From: Desulfatiglandales bacterium
GTDB lineage: Bacteria > Desulfobacterota > DSM-4660 > Desulfatiglandales > Desulfatiglandaceae
NCBI GenBank assembly: GCA_963662465.1
Contig: OY759599.1
Coordinates: forward strand, 5,504,001-5,568,000
Direction of reading: 5' to 3'
Length of the DNA stretch: 64,000 nt
Shown: positions 19,890 to 30,300 of the stretch, one piece after another
How positions within the stretch are numbered: position 1 is the first letter of the stretch
Layout: each line of letters opens with the position of its first letter
The notes under the pieces: model-generated
The model's input: the letters and a program-made list of their open reading frames with translations, nothing else
What the model was told of the DNA's origin: nothing
Databases searched by the model: none
Program-made: the position numbers and the translations under genes

Positions 19890-22024
19890 TCACCACAACA
19901 ACTCATCGGGCCTTGGCGGAAGACCCTCACCGCTGTCAACAATAAAGCTGCCCGCCTGTTCGGGGTCCCGGATTTCACACCGTTCAGGGAGGAGTTCGTC
20001 CGCACTTAGAAATGATTTCCACAAGGGAACCATGGCGTTTACAATGTCCTGCACGGGAGAATTGACCGAGATTTTTCCTTCCTTGCCGGAAACCTGGGAA
20101 CTGGCGGTGATGTCGCCGTCCGGGGAGAGAAAAACCGCATCGGCAATAATGGTGATATCTCCCCCATAACCCTGATCTGCGTTGGCGGTCAGGTCGCTGT
20201 TTTCGAGGGCAACGTAGGTGGAGGCGTTGATCGTCACATTACCGCCTTTTCCCTCCCCGGATTTCACGCTGGTGCTGATGCCGCTGTTGTGGGTCAGTTG
20301 AATGTCTTTTCCGGTGATGTTGATGTTTCCTCCCAGCGCGTTTGCGGCATTGGTTTTTATTGTGCCATTGTCAAGGGACAATAGATTGCCGGTATGGATG
20401 TTGATGGACCCGGCATTGCCGGTACTCGAACTTCCGGCGGAGATGGTGGCGCCATCCTTTATTGAAAGGTTTCCGGCTGTTACTGAGATATTCCCGGCTT
20501 TCCCAACACTATAAGTGTTGCTGAAGAACCCGCTATCTGACCCCGTGATGCTGATGGAACCCACGGCATTGATCGTAATATTGCCCCCCTTGCCGGTCGA
20601 ACCTTCCCGGGCGCCGGCCCCAACCTGTGCGCCATCCCTGAACGAGATATTAGTCCCTTCAAACAAAATATCACCCGCATCCCCCGCGCCATAGGTATTT
20701 GCAGCCATATCTCCTCCCGTCGCGTGCAACTCATCCGCCTTGACGCTGATCGTACTATACCACCATGGCCCGCACCGGTTGTGTTCGCCTGAATTACCCC
20801 ACCCTCTTCAAGCGAAAGGCTGGTAGCCGTGACCGTGACGCTTCCCCCATCCCCTTTTCCACGCGTGTTGCTGAAAAGACCGCTTGGGTATCCAACGTTG
20901 CTTTTTCCTCCAATTAAAACAATGCCTTTGGCACTTACCGTAATATCTCCTGCTCTGCCTTTGGCCTCTTCTATGCAAACAGAGCTAATTTGAGAGCCAT
21001 TGGTCAAAGACAGGTTTGTTGAATCAAACATGATATTGCCGGCATCGCCCGCGCCATTAGTCCATGAGTTCACGCGAGCATTGTGATCCAGCGACACACC
21101 ATCCTTCACCCTTACATCAATCCCCCCACGACTATCCTTATCCCCCATGGTGTTGGCATACACCTTTCCCCCATCCACATAAAAATTCCCCCCACGCACA
21201 TAAACAACTCCGCCTCCTTCACCACTCACATCCACATCCCCAATTTCGTACCAGACCTTGACATGATCCACCTCCGAGCGCTTAATATTGATATTCCCGA
21301 GCCGTGCAAATGAATCCACCCCCGCTCCCGAAGATCCCATGGTTACTTCCCCTGCGGAAGCCACGCTCACTAGATCGATCTCGCCGCCTGGGGCATGAAG
21401 CGTTGCATCATTCAGCGTGATATCCCCTCCCACAAGAGAAAGGGTCTCCCCCTCGGGAACTTTCAAGTAGCTCCCCTGTACCGTAATCGGCGCCGTAGTA
21501 TCGTCCAGAAAACCAAAGGCAGAGGGGGGATCAACCGTCAAAACGCTCTGCTCGGGATGGATGGCGTCAAACCGTCCTGTTTCCCCCAGAAGTAGGTAAT
21601 CGGCGGTACTCGCATGAAACGAACCGTTCACATCCAGGGTGGCGTTGGGGCCGAACATCATGCCGTATGGGTTTATGAGAAACAGGTTGGCCCCCGGAAT
21701 GGTGCAGCCGAGCCTCCCGTCAATGAGGGAAGACGTGCCCCCGGTGACGCGCCCGATGACATTCTGTATCCCGCCGGGGCCGGTAAAGGTCCCGCTTTCG
21801 CCGGTATTGATATTGAAGGTCTCGAAGCTGTGAAAGAGGTTGGCCCCCGCCTGGGATCCCATTTTGTCGGTGATCACATAGTTGGGCCCGGACACGGCCC
21901 CTTTCTGACCGACGGTCCCATCCAGCACCACCTCGGCATGGGCAAAGGCAACCAGGCATACCAGTAAAGAAGAAGCCGTTCCGGTCCACCCAATGACTTT
22001 TTGAAAACGGTTAAACACTTTCAT
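19890..22024 (-). pseudogene. tpsA copy 3: shorter and frameshifted
   Basis: N- and C-termini nearly identical to the intact TpsA. An apparent 5-nt insertion at ~20754-20758 (GGT[ATAGT]ACGATC) splits it into two ORFs. Confidence 0.88.
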
Positions 22025-22320
22025 GAGATCCCCCTTTTTCCATATCGATATGCCAAAGGAACGGACGTGATTTCCCGGTTTTCATAAGGCGCTAAAATCT
22101 CCGATAATTCCGCGTCCGGAAAAACCGTGTTCCCCTCCAGATTGACCTGCCGCACAATCACTTTCGGCATTGCGGAAAGCCGGTCTTTCTGGGGAGCGGG
22201 GAGAATCTCCGGCTGGGCTGCCGCCGCGAAGGGGGACGCAAGGGCAAGCGCGGTAAAACCCAGCAGACACGTGACGATCATTTTTTGGATGTTATTGAGG
22301 AAAACGGTGGGTATGGGCAT
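22021..22320 (-). pseudogene. Truncated tpsB (first ~85 codons only)
   Basis: Matches TpsB up to YENREITS, then jumps directly into the tpsA upstream sequence. Confidence 0.88.
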
Positions 22321-22523
22321 AAAAAAACCTCAACAGATGATTGGCATGCGGGAATCTGAATTGACGCTGATTCCTTTTCCTGATATCATCATTCAGTCAT
22401 TGAAAATCAGGTTTTTTTATCTACCATGCCGGGTTTTCGAAATCAACGAGATTTCAGCAAACAGCTATTTTTATCTATAACACGGGCAAAATTCCCCAGT
22501 TTGATGAAATTGAACTTCATAAT
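22210..22523. repeat. Copy 3 of the tpsB-5'/divergent promoter repeat
   Basis: Closely similar to 5588-5900. Confidence 0.9.
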
Positions 22524-24422
22524 ATGAGATGGATTTCCAGAGAAATGCAACGTCCCCTGTCCATGGGGATACTGATCGGCATCATGGTGAGCCTGTGTCT
22601 CATCCGGCTGCACCATACGGGGAAACTTCAGTTTCTGGAATTGACGGTCTATGACTACTATGTGGTGCAGCGTTCCGGACTGGAACAAACAGCGTCTCCT
22701 CCCATTGCCTTGATCTCCATTTCAGAGGACGATATTCAACATTTTGGGTGGCCCATGAACGACGCCACGATGGCGCGCATGCTCGAAATACTCCTTAAGC
22801 AAAAGCCCCGGGTCATCGGCCTCGATATTTATCGGGATATCCCCGTGCCGCCGGGGAGTACGGCCCTTGAAGCCATTTTCAAAGCGCATCAAAACATTGT
22901 CGCCATAAAAAAAATGGGCGACAAAAATGCCCCCGGTATTTCCGCGCCCTTCATGGCAGGCATACAAAACCCGGTGGGGTTCTGCGATCTTCTTCTGGAC
23001 CCCGCTGGCACAGTACGCAGAGCCCTCCTCTTCATGGAAGACGGCGACTTGCACGTCTCCTTTGCCCTGTTCCTGGCCCTTATCTACCTGGAACCGGAAG
23101 GGATTAAACCGCTTCCTGATTCACAACCCCTGCGGTTGGGCAAAGCCACCTTTGTGCCCCTTGAATCCAGTGACGGCGGGTATGTAGGGATGGATGCCGG
23201 GGGCTACCAGTTTCTTTTGGATTATCGGGATGGCATCTCTCCCTTTCGCACATTCTCTCTGGCGGATGTGCTGGCGGAAAAATTCGATCCTTCCGCCATT
23301 AAAGACAGGGTGGTTATCATCGGTTCTTCGGCGGAAAGCACACCGGACTTCTTTTCCACCCCCTTCAGCCGGTTTGTCAAATCCCGGTTAAAAGTCCCGG
23401 GCGTGGCCATCCACGCGGGCGCCGTGAGCCAGTTGATCCGTTTTGCACTGGGAAAATCCGAGCCTCTCGGTTTCTGGAGCGAAACCTGTGAATGGGGGTG
23501 GATCGTGTTGTGGGGGCTGATGGGATCCCTTTTGTGTCTCAGAATTCGCTCCCTCCCCCTTTTTCTGGTTTGCGCTCTGTTTGCCGTCAGCCTTCTTTTT
23601 CTGTTGACCTTCCTGCTTTTCCAGCAAAATATCTGGGCGCCGGTTACCGCTCCCGCCGCCGCTTTTCTGGCCGCCGCGGGGCTCATGGGCTTCTACATGT
23701 TTCACCTGGAAAAAGCGCAACGAGGCCTTTTAATGGGGCTCTTCTCGACGTATGTGTCCGGCGATATTGCAGAGACCATCTGGGAGCAACGAGACCAGTT
23801 TATGGATGGCGGCAGACCCCGTTCTCAGACATTGACCGCCACGGTGCTCTTTACCGACATTCGGGATTTTACTCAGATGGCTGAAAATATGGACGCTCAA
23901 GAACTCATAGACTGGCTCAACGAATACCTGGCGGCAATGGTAAACCAGGTGTCAAGCAACAAAGGCATCGTAGACAAATATGTGGGTGATGCCATCATGG
24001 CCGTTTTCGGAGTTCCGGTGCCGCGGACAAACGATGGGGAGTTTGCGGAAGATGCCGTCAATGCCGTACGTTCCGCGCTGAACATGGGGCTGGAAATGGA
24101 CCGACTCAACAGAATGTGGTCGGATCAGGGCCGACCCACCGGCAAAATGCGGGTCGGCATCCATACCGGCCCGTTGACGGTGGGGAGTGTGGGGAGCGCC
24201 CAGCGGCTCGAATATACGGTGATCGGCGACACGGTAAACATTGCTTCGAGGCTGGAAAGCTTCGATAAGTCCCTGGATTCGGAAAGCTCCTGCCGTATCC
24301 TGATCAGCAATGCCACCCGAAACTATCTGGGGAAACGGTTTTGCGTCGAAAGGTTGACTCAGGCGCAATTAAAGGGTAAGCGTCAGTGGGTTGAAATTTA
24401 CAAGGTTCTCGATGAAAAATGA
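22524..24422 (+). CDS. CHASE2-domain class III adenylate cyclase
   Basis: N-terminal TM, CHASE2 (PRVIGLDIYRD, PGVAIHA), 3 TM helices, cyclase motifs LFTDIRDFT, DKYVGDAIM and EYTVIGDTVNIASRLE. Confidence 0.93.
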   Translation: MRWISREMQRPLSMGILIGIMVSLCLIRLHHTGKLQFLELTVYDYYVVQRSGLEQTASPPIALISISEDDIQHFGWPMNDATMARMLEILLKQKPRVIGLDIYRDIPVPPGSTALEAIFKAHQNIVAIKKMGDKNAPGISAPFMAGIQNPVGFCDLLLDPAGTVRRALLFMEDGDLHVSFALFLALIYLEPEGIKPLPDSQPLRLGKATFVPLESSDGGYVGMDAGGYQFLLDYRDGISPFRTFSLADVLAEKFDPSAIKDRVVIIGSSAESTPDFFSTPFSRFVKSRLKVPGVAIHAGAVSQLIRFALGKSEPLGFWSETCEWGWIVLWGLMGSLLCLRIRSLPLFLVCALFAVSLLFLLTFLLFQQNIWAPVTAPAAAFLAAAGLMGFYMFHLEKAQRGLLMGLFSTYVSGDIAETIWEQRDQFMDGGRPRSQTLTATVLFTDIRDFTQMAENMDAQELIDWLNEYLAAMVNQVSSNKGIVDKYVGDAIMAVFGVPVPRTNDGEFAEDAVNAVRSALNMGLEMDRLNRMWSDQGRPTGKMRVGIHTGPLTVGSVGSAQRLEYTVIGDTVNIASRLESFDKSLDSESSCRILISNATRNYLGKRFCVERLTQAQLKGKRQWVEIYKVLDEK

Positions 24423-24459
24423 AACCGGGAAGCGCTATTTCTTTTAAAAGGAGGAAATC

Positions 24460-25266
24460 ATGAAATTTTTAGGGACCTGTTATTCCCCGGCGTCGGTTGC
24501 GGCAATGATCATTTTGTTTCTCTTTTTTTCCTGCTACGGGGATTCAGTTCGCGGTGCGGATTCGGAAACAGTTGGGACAAAGCTCTCTGGAATGAGCGCC
24601 AAAGACACGCCCGCGGAAAAGACCCCGGAATTCCGGCTGATGGCATACGCTCCCCCCAAACGAGGCAAACCCGGTGGTCGCATCGGAGGGGGGACGCGGG
24701 GGGAAGGAAAAAACTTTCCCGTTGTCAGCGTACTGGCGCCGGATCATACCGCTCACACCACAAAAGCTCAGCCCGATCTCTACTGCTATGTATCCAACCC
24801 CACCAACAAATCCATTGAATTTACCCTCAATCTGGAACAGGAGGGAAAGACGATTGCCCATGAGGGCATAAAAGGGGGACCGCAAGAAGGCATTTGGCGC
24901 CTCAGCCTGTCTGATTTGGGGGTTGGCCTGTCGCCGGATACCCAGTACACCTGGTTTGTCACCATGGTTCTCGATCCGAATCAACCGTCCACGGACGTGT
25001 TTTCAGGCGGCGCCATCATGCGGGTAAACCCTTCCGGCAAACTCGAGAAAAGGCTGGCAGGGGCGAAGGAAATGGACATCCCCGCCATCTATGCGGCGGA
25101 AGGGATCTGGTATGAGGCCCTGGCGTCTCTTTCACGGTTGATCGACAAATACCCTGAAAACAAGACTCTGCGCCTGCAACGTGCAAATCTTCTTGAACAG
25201 GTGCGCCTTGAAAAGGAGGCGGCCTTTGACAGAAAAGCTGCGGGAGGTGCTGCATCACCCCAGTGA
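24460..25266 (+). CDS. DUF928-domain exported protein
   Basis: Hydrophobic leader, PPKRGKPGGRIGGGTRG motif, YAAEGIWYEAL. AAGGAGG RBS. Confidence 0.85.
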   Translation: MKFLGTCYSPASVAAMIILFLFFSCYGDSVRGADSETVGTKLSGMSAKDTPAEKTPEFRLMAYAPPKRGKPGGRIGGGTRGEGKNFPVVSVLAPDHTAHTTKAQPDLYCYVSNPTNKSIEFTLNLEQEGKTIAHEGIKGGPQEGIWRLSLSDLGVGLSPDTQYTWFVTMVLDPNQPSTDVFSGGAIMRVNPSGKLEKRLAGAKEMDIPAIYAAEGIWYEALASLSRLIDKYPENKTLRLQRANLLEQVRLEKEAAFDRKAAGGAASPQ

Positions 25267-25296
25267 AAATTCCGTGTATGTGTGATAAATCCGCAC

Positions 25297-27339
25297 CTAC
25301 GGAAGCGCCGGCATCCGTTCCGTTCTGAGCAACCGTCCCAGGCCCGACGCCCGATGGATGCGCCGCCTTACGGCTTCCCCCAGCAGGTCATTGTTCGGAC
25401 TCACCAGGGTGAACCATTCCCGTGAACGCGTGATGGCGGTGTACAGCAGTTCCCGCGTCAACACCGGCGTCATGTGGTCGGGAAGAACAACTGCCGTATG
25501 GTCAAATTCCGATCCCTGACTCTTGTGAACCGTCATGGCATACACGGTTTCAACATGGTTCAGCCTGGAGGGCAGCACTTTTTTTAGGGAACCGTCCGGC
25601 ATGGGGAACACCACCCTCAGGGTTTTTCCCTTCCCGCCATGATCATCATTTACATAGAGGACGATACCGGTATCCCCATTCATCAATCCCAAACTGTAAT
25701 CATTGCGGGTGATCATGATCGGGCGACCGGGATACCACCCCTCTTCGGCGCCGATGAGTTCTGATCGGAAAAGGATATGCGCCGCTTTTTCGTTGAGGCC
25801 CTCAACCCCCCAGGGACCCTTTCGCAATGGCGACAGCAGTTGAAAAGCACCAAAATCCCTGAGCGTTTCCTTAATCCAGATATCTTCCGGATCGTTTCCG
25901 GGGCCGGATCTCACCCGCTCCAGGTATGCACGATAACCTATTTTGGATTGCGGATTGCAGATTGCGGATTGCGGATTTGAACAGGCGCCAAAAGCGGCGG
26001 CGGGGTCGGATAGAGAACCGTGACCATCCAGAATCAAATGGGCGAAGGCGTTGTCGTCAAGGCTGTTGACGGACAGGCGACAGATGTCAGTGAACCCCAT
26101 GCGCCAGATTTCATCTACTGTTTTCGGATTTCCAGCGTTGACAGCCCGGGAAAGCGCCCCAATGCCGCTTTTTTCACCGAAACGGTGGCTTTTCCGCAAC
26201 AGGGCAATATGCTGATCCAGTGGGGCGCCGGCCCCCCTGAAATCATGGAGATCATATCCCGTGTGCCGTTTGATCCATTGGATGGTTTCCGTCCGATAAT
26301 GGCCCTCTTCCCCATATTGACAAAGATCCCCCAGCACGGCGCCGGCTTCCACCGAGGCCAGTTGATCTTTGTCCCCCAGCAGAATCAACCGAGCATTTTC
26401 AGGGAGTGCATCCAGAAGTGCCGCCATGATTTCGAGATCGATCATGGATGCTTCATCCACCACCAGCAGATCAAGGTGCAGGGGATTTTGGTAGTGATGG
26501 ACAAAATGGCGGGTATCGGGCCGACTCCCCAACAGACGATGCAGGGTTGTGACGCCCTCGGGCAGGATTTTTCGCATGTTTTCAGGAAGGGCATCCATTG
26601 TGTAGGCCATGGATTCCGTCAGGCGCGCGGCAGCCTTTCCCGTGGGGGCCGCCATGCGAATGCGCAGTTTTTTCCCTTTTTCCAATGCCACTTGCTGCAA
26701 AAGCGCCAGCAGATAAACCACGGTGGTGGTTTTTCCGGTTCCGGGTCCACCTGAAATCACGCTGAACGCGCTCTTTGCCGCAATGGCGGTCGCCACACTC
26801 TGCCAGTGCATCTCAACCCGGGTTTTTTCCCGATCACTGCGAAGGGGTTCAAATATCTGATCGAGGCGCTCGGACAAATTGTCGGGAACTGGGTATTCAC
26901 GAATCAGTCGATCCAGGATGTTTTTGGCCACGGATCGGGTGTATTGCCAGTAGCGTCGCATATAAAGAAGATCGGCATCTAACACCAGGGGCGTGTTTCC
27001 GGCGCCGGAGGCCACAAAGGGCGATTCCCGAAGGCAATGTTCCAGGAACGGCAGGGAAATGTTCGCCAGAACATTCGGGGAGTGAACGGACATTTTTTCT
27101 CCCGACTGCTTTTCGGGGGGCAACGACAGGGTTTTCTCCGGGTCCGAAAGCATGGCCCGCAAATCAAGACAGATGTGGCCTCTTCCCACTTGATGGCTGG
27201 TGAGGGCCGCCAACAGCAATACCAGTTCGGAGGTTTCCGGGGCCTGTGCTTTTAAAAATCGGGCAAAAGCACCATCCAGCGATCTTAACCAGCCGACGGC
27301 CACCCAGTCTTCCAACAGATTTGACAGGTCAGGGTTCAA
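25297..27339 (-). CDS. recD: Exodeoxyribonuclease V alpha subunit RecD
   Basis: GGPGTGKTT, AAPTGKAAARL, VVDEASM, GDKDQLASVEAG, TVHKSQGSEF. Probable TTG start overlapping the recB stop, with an AGGAG RBS. Confidence 0.93.
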   Translation of the reverse strand: MNPDLSNLLEDWVAVGWLRSLDGAFARFLKAQAPETSELVLLLAALTSHQVGRGHICLDLRAMLSDPEKTLSLPPEKQSGEKMSVHSPNVLANISLPFLEHCLRESPFVASGAGNTPLVLDADLLYMRRYWQYTRSVAKNILDRLIREYPVPDNLSERLDQIFEPLRSDREKTRVEMHWQSVATAIAAKSAFSVISGGPGTGKTTTVVYLLALLQQVALEKGKKLRIRMAAPTGKAAARLTESMAYTMDALPENMRKILPEGVTTLHRLLGSRPDTRHFVHHYQNPLHLDLLVVDEASMIDLEIMAALLDALPENARLILLGDKDQLASVEAGAVLGDLCQYGEEGHYRTETIQWIKRHTGYDLHDFRGAGAPLDQHIALLRKSHRFGEKSGIGALSRAVNAGNPKTVDEIWRMGFTDICRLSVNSLDDNAFAHLILDGHGSLSDPAAAFGACSNPQSAICNPQSKIGYRAYLERVRSGPGNDPEDIWIKETLRDFGAFQLLSPLRKGPWGVEGLNEKAAHILFRSELIGAEEGWYPGRPIMITRNDYSLGLMNGDTGIVLYVNDDHGGKGKTLRVVFPMPDGSLKKVLPSRLNHVETVYAMTVHKSQGSEFDHTAVVLPDHMTPVLTRELLYTAITRSREWFTLVSPNNDLLGEAVRRRIHRASGLGRLLRTERMPALP

Positions 27340-30300
27340 GGGGGTCTGTCTCCTTGCCGGCAAAGTCTTCATCCAGTCGTTCAATGAGCGCCTGGGGAGG
27401 CTTATGCGTATAGACGCCGTTCCCATTTGGCGCAACCCCTCGTAAAAACAGGTACACCGCCCCACCCATATCCCGCTGGTACTGGTAATTGGGTAATCGA
27501 GCCTTGAGCAAACGATGCAAGGCCAGGGTATAGAGAACATATTGAAGGTCGTAACGATGCGCCAGCATGGCATCCACCATGGCCTTTAATCCGTAAGCCC
27601 GGTTATCTTCTCCCAGGTAGTTGGATTTATAGTCCAGCACGTAGTAACGTCCCCGGAACTGGAAAACCAGATCGATAAACCCTTTCAGCATGCCGTTCAC
27701 GTGGATCTCCTGAAGCGGCGGACGTTTTTCGCCGGGCAGGACTCCGTGGGTTATAACATCATCCAATGTCCGGGTATTGATCTGGTGGGCGGCAAAGAGA
27801 AATTCCAGTTCCGGTTGGTAATCGGGGGGCGTCAAATCCGCGAGTCTCACATGCGCCCGACCATCCGGCAACGGGAAGGGTGTTTCAAGAAACGCCTGAA
27901 ACCAGCGATCCAGCACCTCAACCCACAGCCATCCACGACGCTTGCACATGATTTCTATCCGGTCATGGACCCATTGACGATTTTGCGCCATCTTGCCAAA
28001 CCCTTCAACAGCCGCCCATTCCAGTAACTCATGGAGAAAGGTTCCCGGGTCCGGTCCCCGGGGAAAGCGGTGGATCGATGGGGGACCCGTCATATCTTTC
28101 GGGTAAAAAAAAGCTTTTTCGCCGGGCTCCCGCAACTGATCTTCAATGGCCGAACCCGGGAAATCGAGCCCCATTTTTCGCTTATCCGTTTCCCATCCTC
28201 CGGAAGCGTCACGGCCTGCATCCTTCAATATGCCGGAATAGCTGGTGATCCACCAGTCCCGGGATACCGGGGCATTGAACTGCAGGGCCGGCATCAGTGA
28301 CACCGCTTTACCCTTCGGGGTATAAACGCGGTTACGGGCTTCCGGCGCCGGTTCAATTTCCATATGGGGACAATCGCCTTTCAAAAGAGCGAGTTTTTCG
28401 GTCAGGTCCTCCGTTGGAATCATTTCACCCCCTGATAACAGGTAGCCGAAGCCCGACAAGTGGAGGGTGCTTTTTTCCCTTTTTTGGGTGGTGCTGCCCA
28501 TGACGCCGATGCCCAGCCAACAGGCATATTGGGCGCGGGTTACCGCCACATAGAGCAGGCGAAGGTCTTCCGCCAGCCGTTCCCGGTCCGCCGCCTCCAT
28601 ATCCGCTTTTTCAGGGCCATAGACCCGCCTCGGTTGTCCCTCCGCATCATGGTAGGTGACCATGGCGGCATTTTTCCGGACGGCCTGGCGAACGGTGCAG
28701 ATAAACGGTAGAAACACCAGGGGATACTGCAGCCCCTTGGATTTGTGGATGGTAATCACCTTGATCAGATCTTCATCGCTTTCCAGACGAAGAACCTGTT
28801 CCGCCAATCCGGTGGGGCGCTCTTGAAGCTGTTCCGCCAGCCATCGGATAAGGCCCTGCTCCCCATCCAGCTCAAGGGCTTTCGCCTGCAGGAGTTCGGC
28901 CAGGTGAAGGAAATTGGTCAAAGCGCGCTCACCACCAGGGACACTCAAAAGGCCCGACAACGCCCCAAAGTCCTGCAGAAGGTTTTGCAACATGGGCAGA
29001 ACCCCCCGGCGCCGCCAGACCGAATGATAACGGCTGAAACGCTCAAGTTCGCCTTCCCAGGCCACCTCATCCCGGTTCAATTGGTCAAGGCGCGTCAGGG
29101 GTTGGTTGAGTATGGGTGTGGCCAGGGCGGCTTTGAGGATGCGTTCCTGCCCGGGGGCGGCGCAGGCCCGCAGCAGATAGAGCATTTGCCCGGCTTCGTG
29201 GGAACTAAAAACAGAATCCTTATCGGACAGGTAAACACTGCGGACCCGCCGTTTATCCAGCGCTTGACGAATGGCCATGGCTTCCCGACCATCCCGTACC
29301 AGGACCGCCATATCCGCCGGGCAAAGGGGCTTCAGCGGTTCATTGGGGCCGGTCTGAAATCCGGCCCGAGGAGGATGCTGTTCCGCCAGGTTCAATAAGC
29401 GAACGATTTCATCGGCAAAAGCGTCCGCCATTGCGGCAACATAGCCATTGGGACCTGTTTTGGGAACCGGTCCCGTTTGCCGCAGTTGCCACAGGCGCAT
29501 GCTTTTTATGGCTTGGCCCTCAACTATCATCAGGGCTTTGGGACCCTTCGCCGCCACGGGTTCAAATGGAATCTGATCTGTAAAGAGAAAAGGCCCCTGG
29601 GGATATGGGACGGCCATCCCGAACATTCGATTGACCGCCTGCACCAGTCCTTCAGTGGAACGATAATTTGCACCCAGGGTGTAGGGCTTGCCAAGGGTAT
29701 CCCGCCGGGCTTTCAAATAGGTGTGAATATCCGCGCCGCGAAAGGCGTAGATGGCCTGTTTGGGATCACCAATCATCAACAGGGCCGTATCCGGCCGGTT
29801 GCCGTAGATCCGGCTGAACGCTGCATACTGCACGGGATCGGTGTCTTGAAATTCGTCAATCATGGCCACCGGGAACTGATCCGCGATGGTTTGGGCCAGT
29901 GGTTCATTTCCCGGCGTCTGCAATGCTTCATTCAGCCGGGTCAGCAAATCGTCAAAACCAACAAGCCCAAGGGTCTCCTTTTGTTTTTGAAAACGACGGG
30001 CAATCTCCCCTGCGGCATGAACAAACAGGGCTTTGTCAATTTCAAGTGAGTTCAAGAAATCGTTAAGCCGGTCAAAAATGTCGTACGCGGGATGCGCAGG
30101 CGGCGTCTTGTTTTTTCCAGCGCCTTCCAGAAGACCTGAAGATGAAAGTTTCTGAAGAGTTTGGGCATCGGGGAGAGGACCGGCTTCCCTGACCCAGCGC
30201 GTGAGTTGATTAATCCAATTGGTCAGGGAAGCCGTACGGTATTTGTTGCCGTTGAGGGTTTTGTCCGCCTGGGCCTGACATACCCGTTCCACGGCTACGT

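Noticed and set aside
2013..25296. Integrase-driven genomic island or prophage at tRNA-Asp
   Set aside because: No integrase, no phage genes, and no duplicated tRNA 3' end found at the far boundary.
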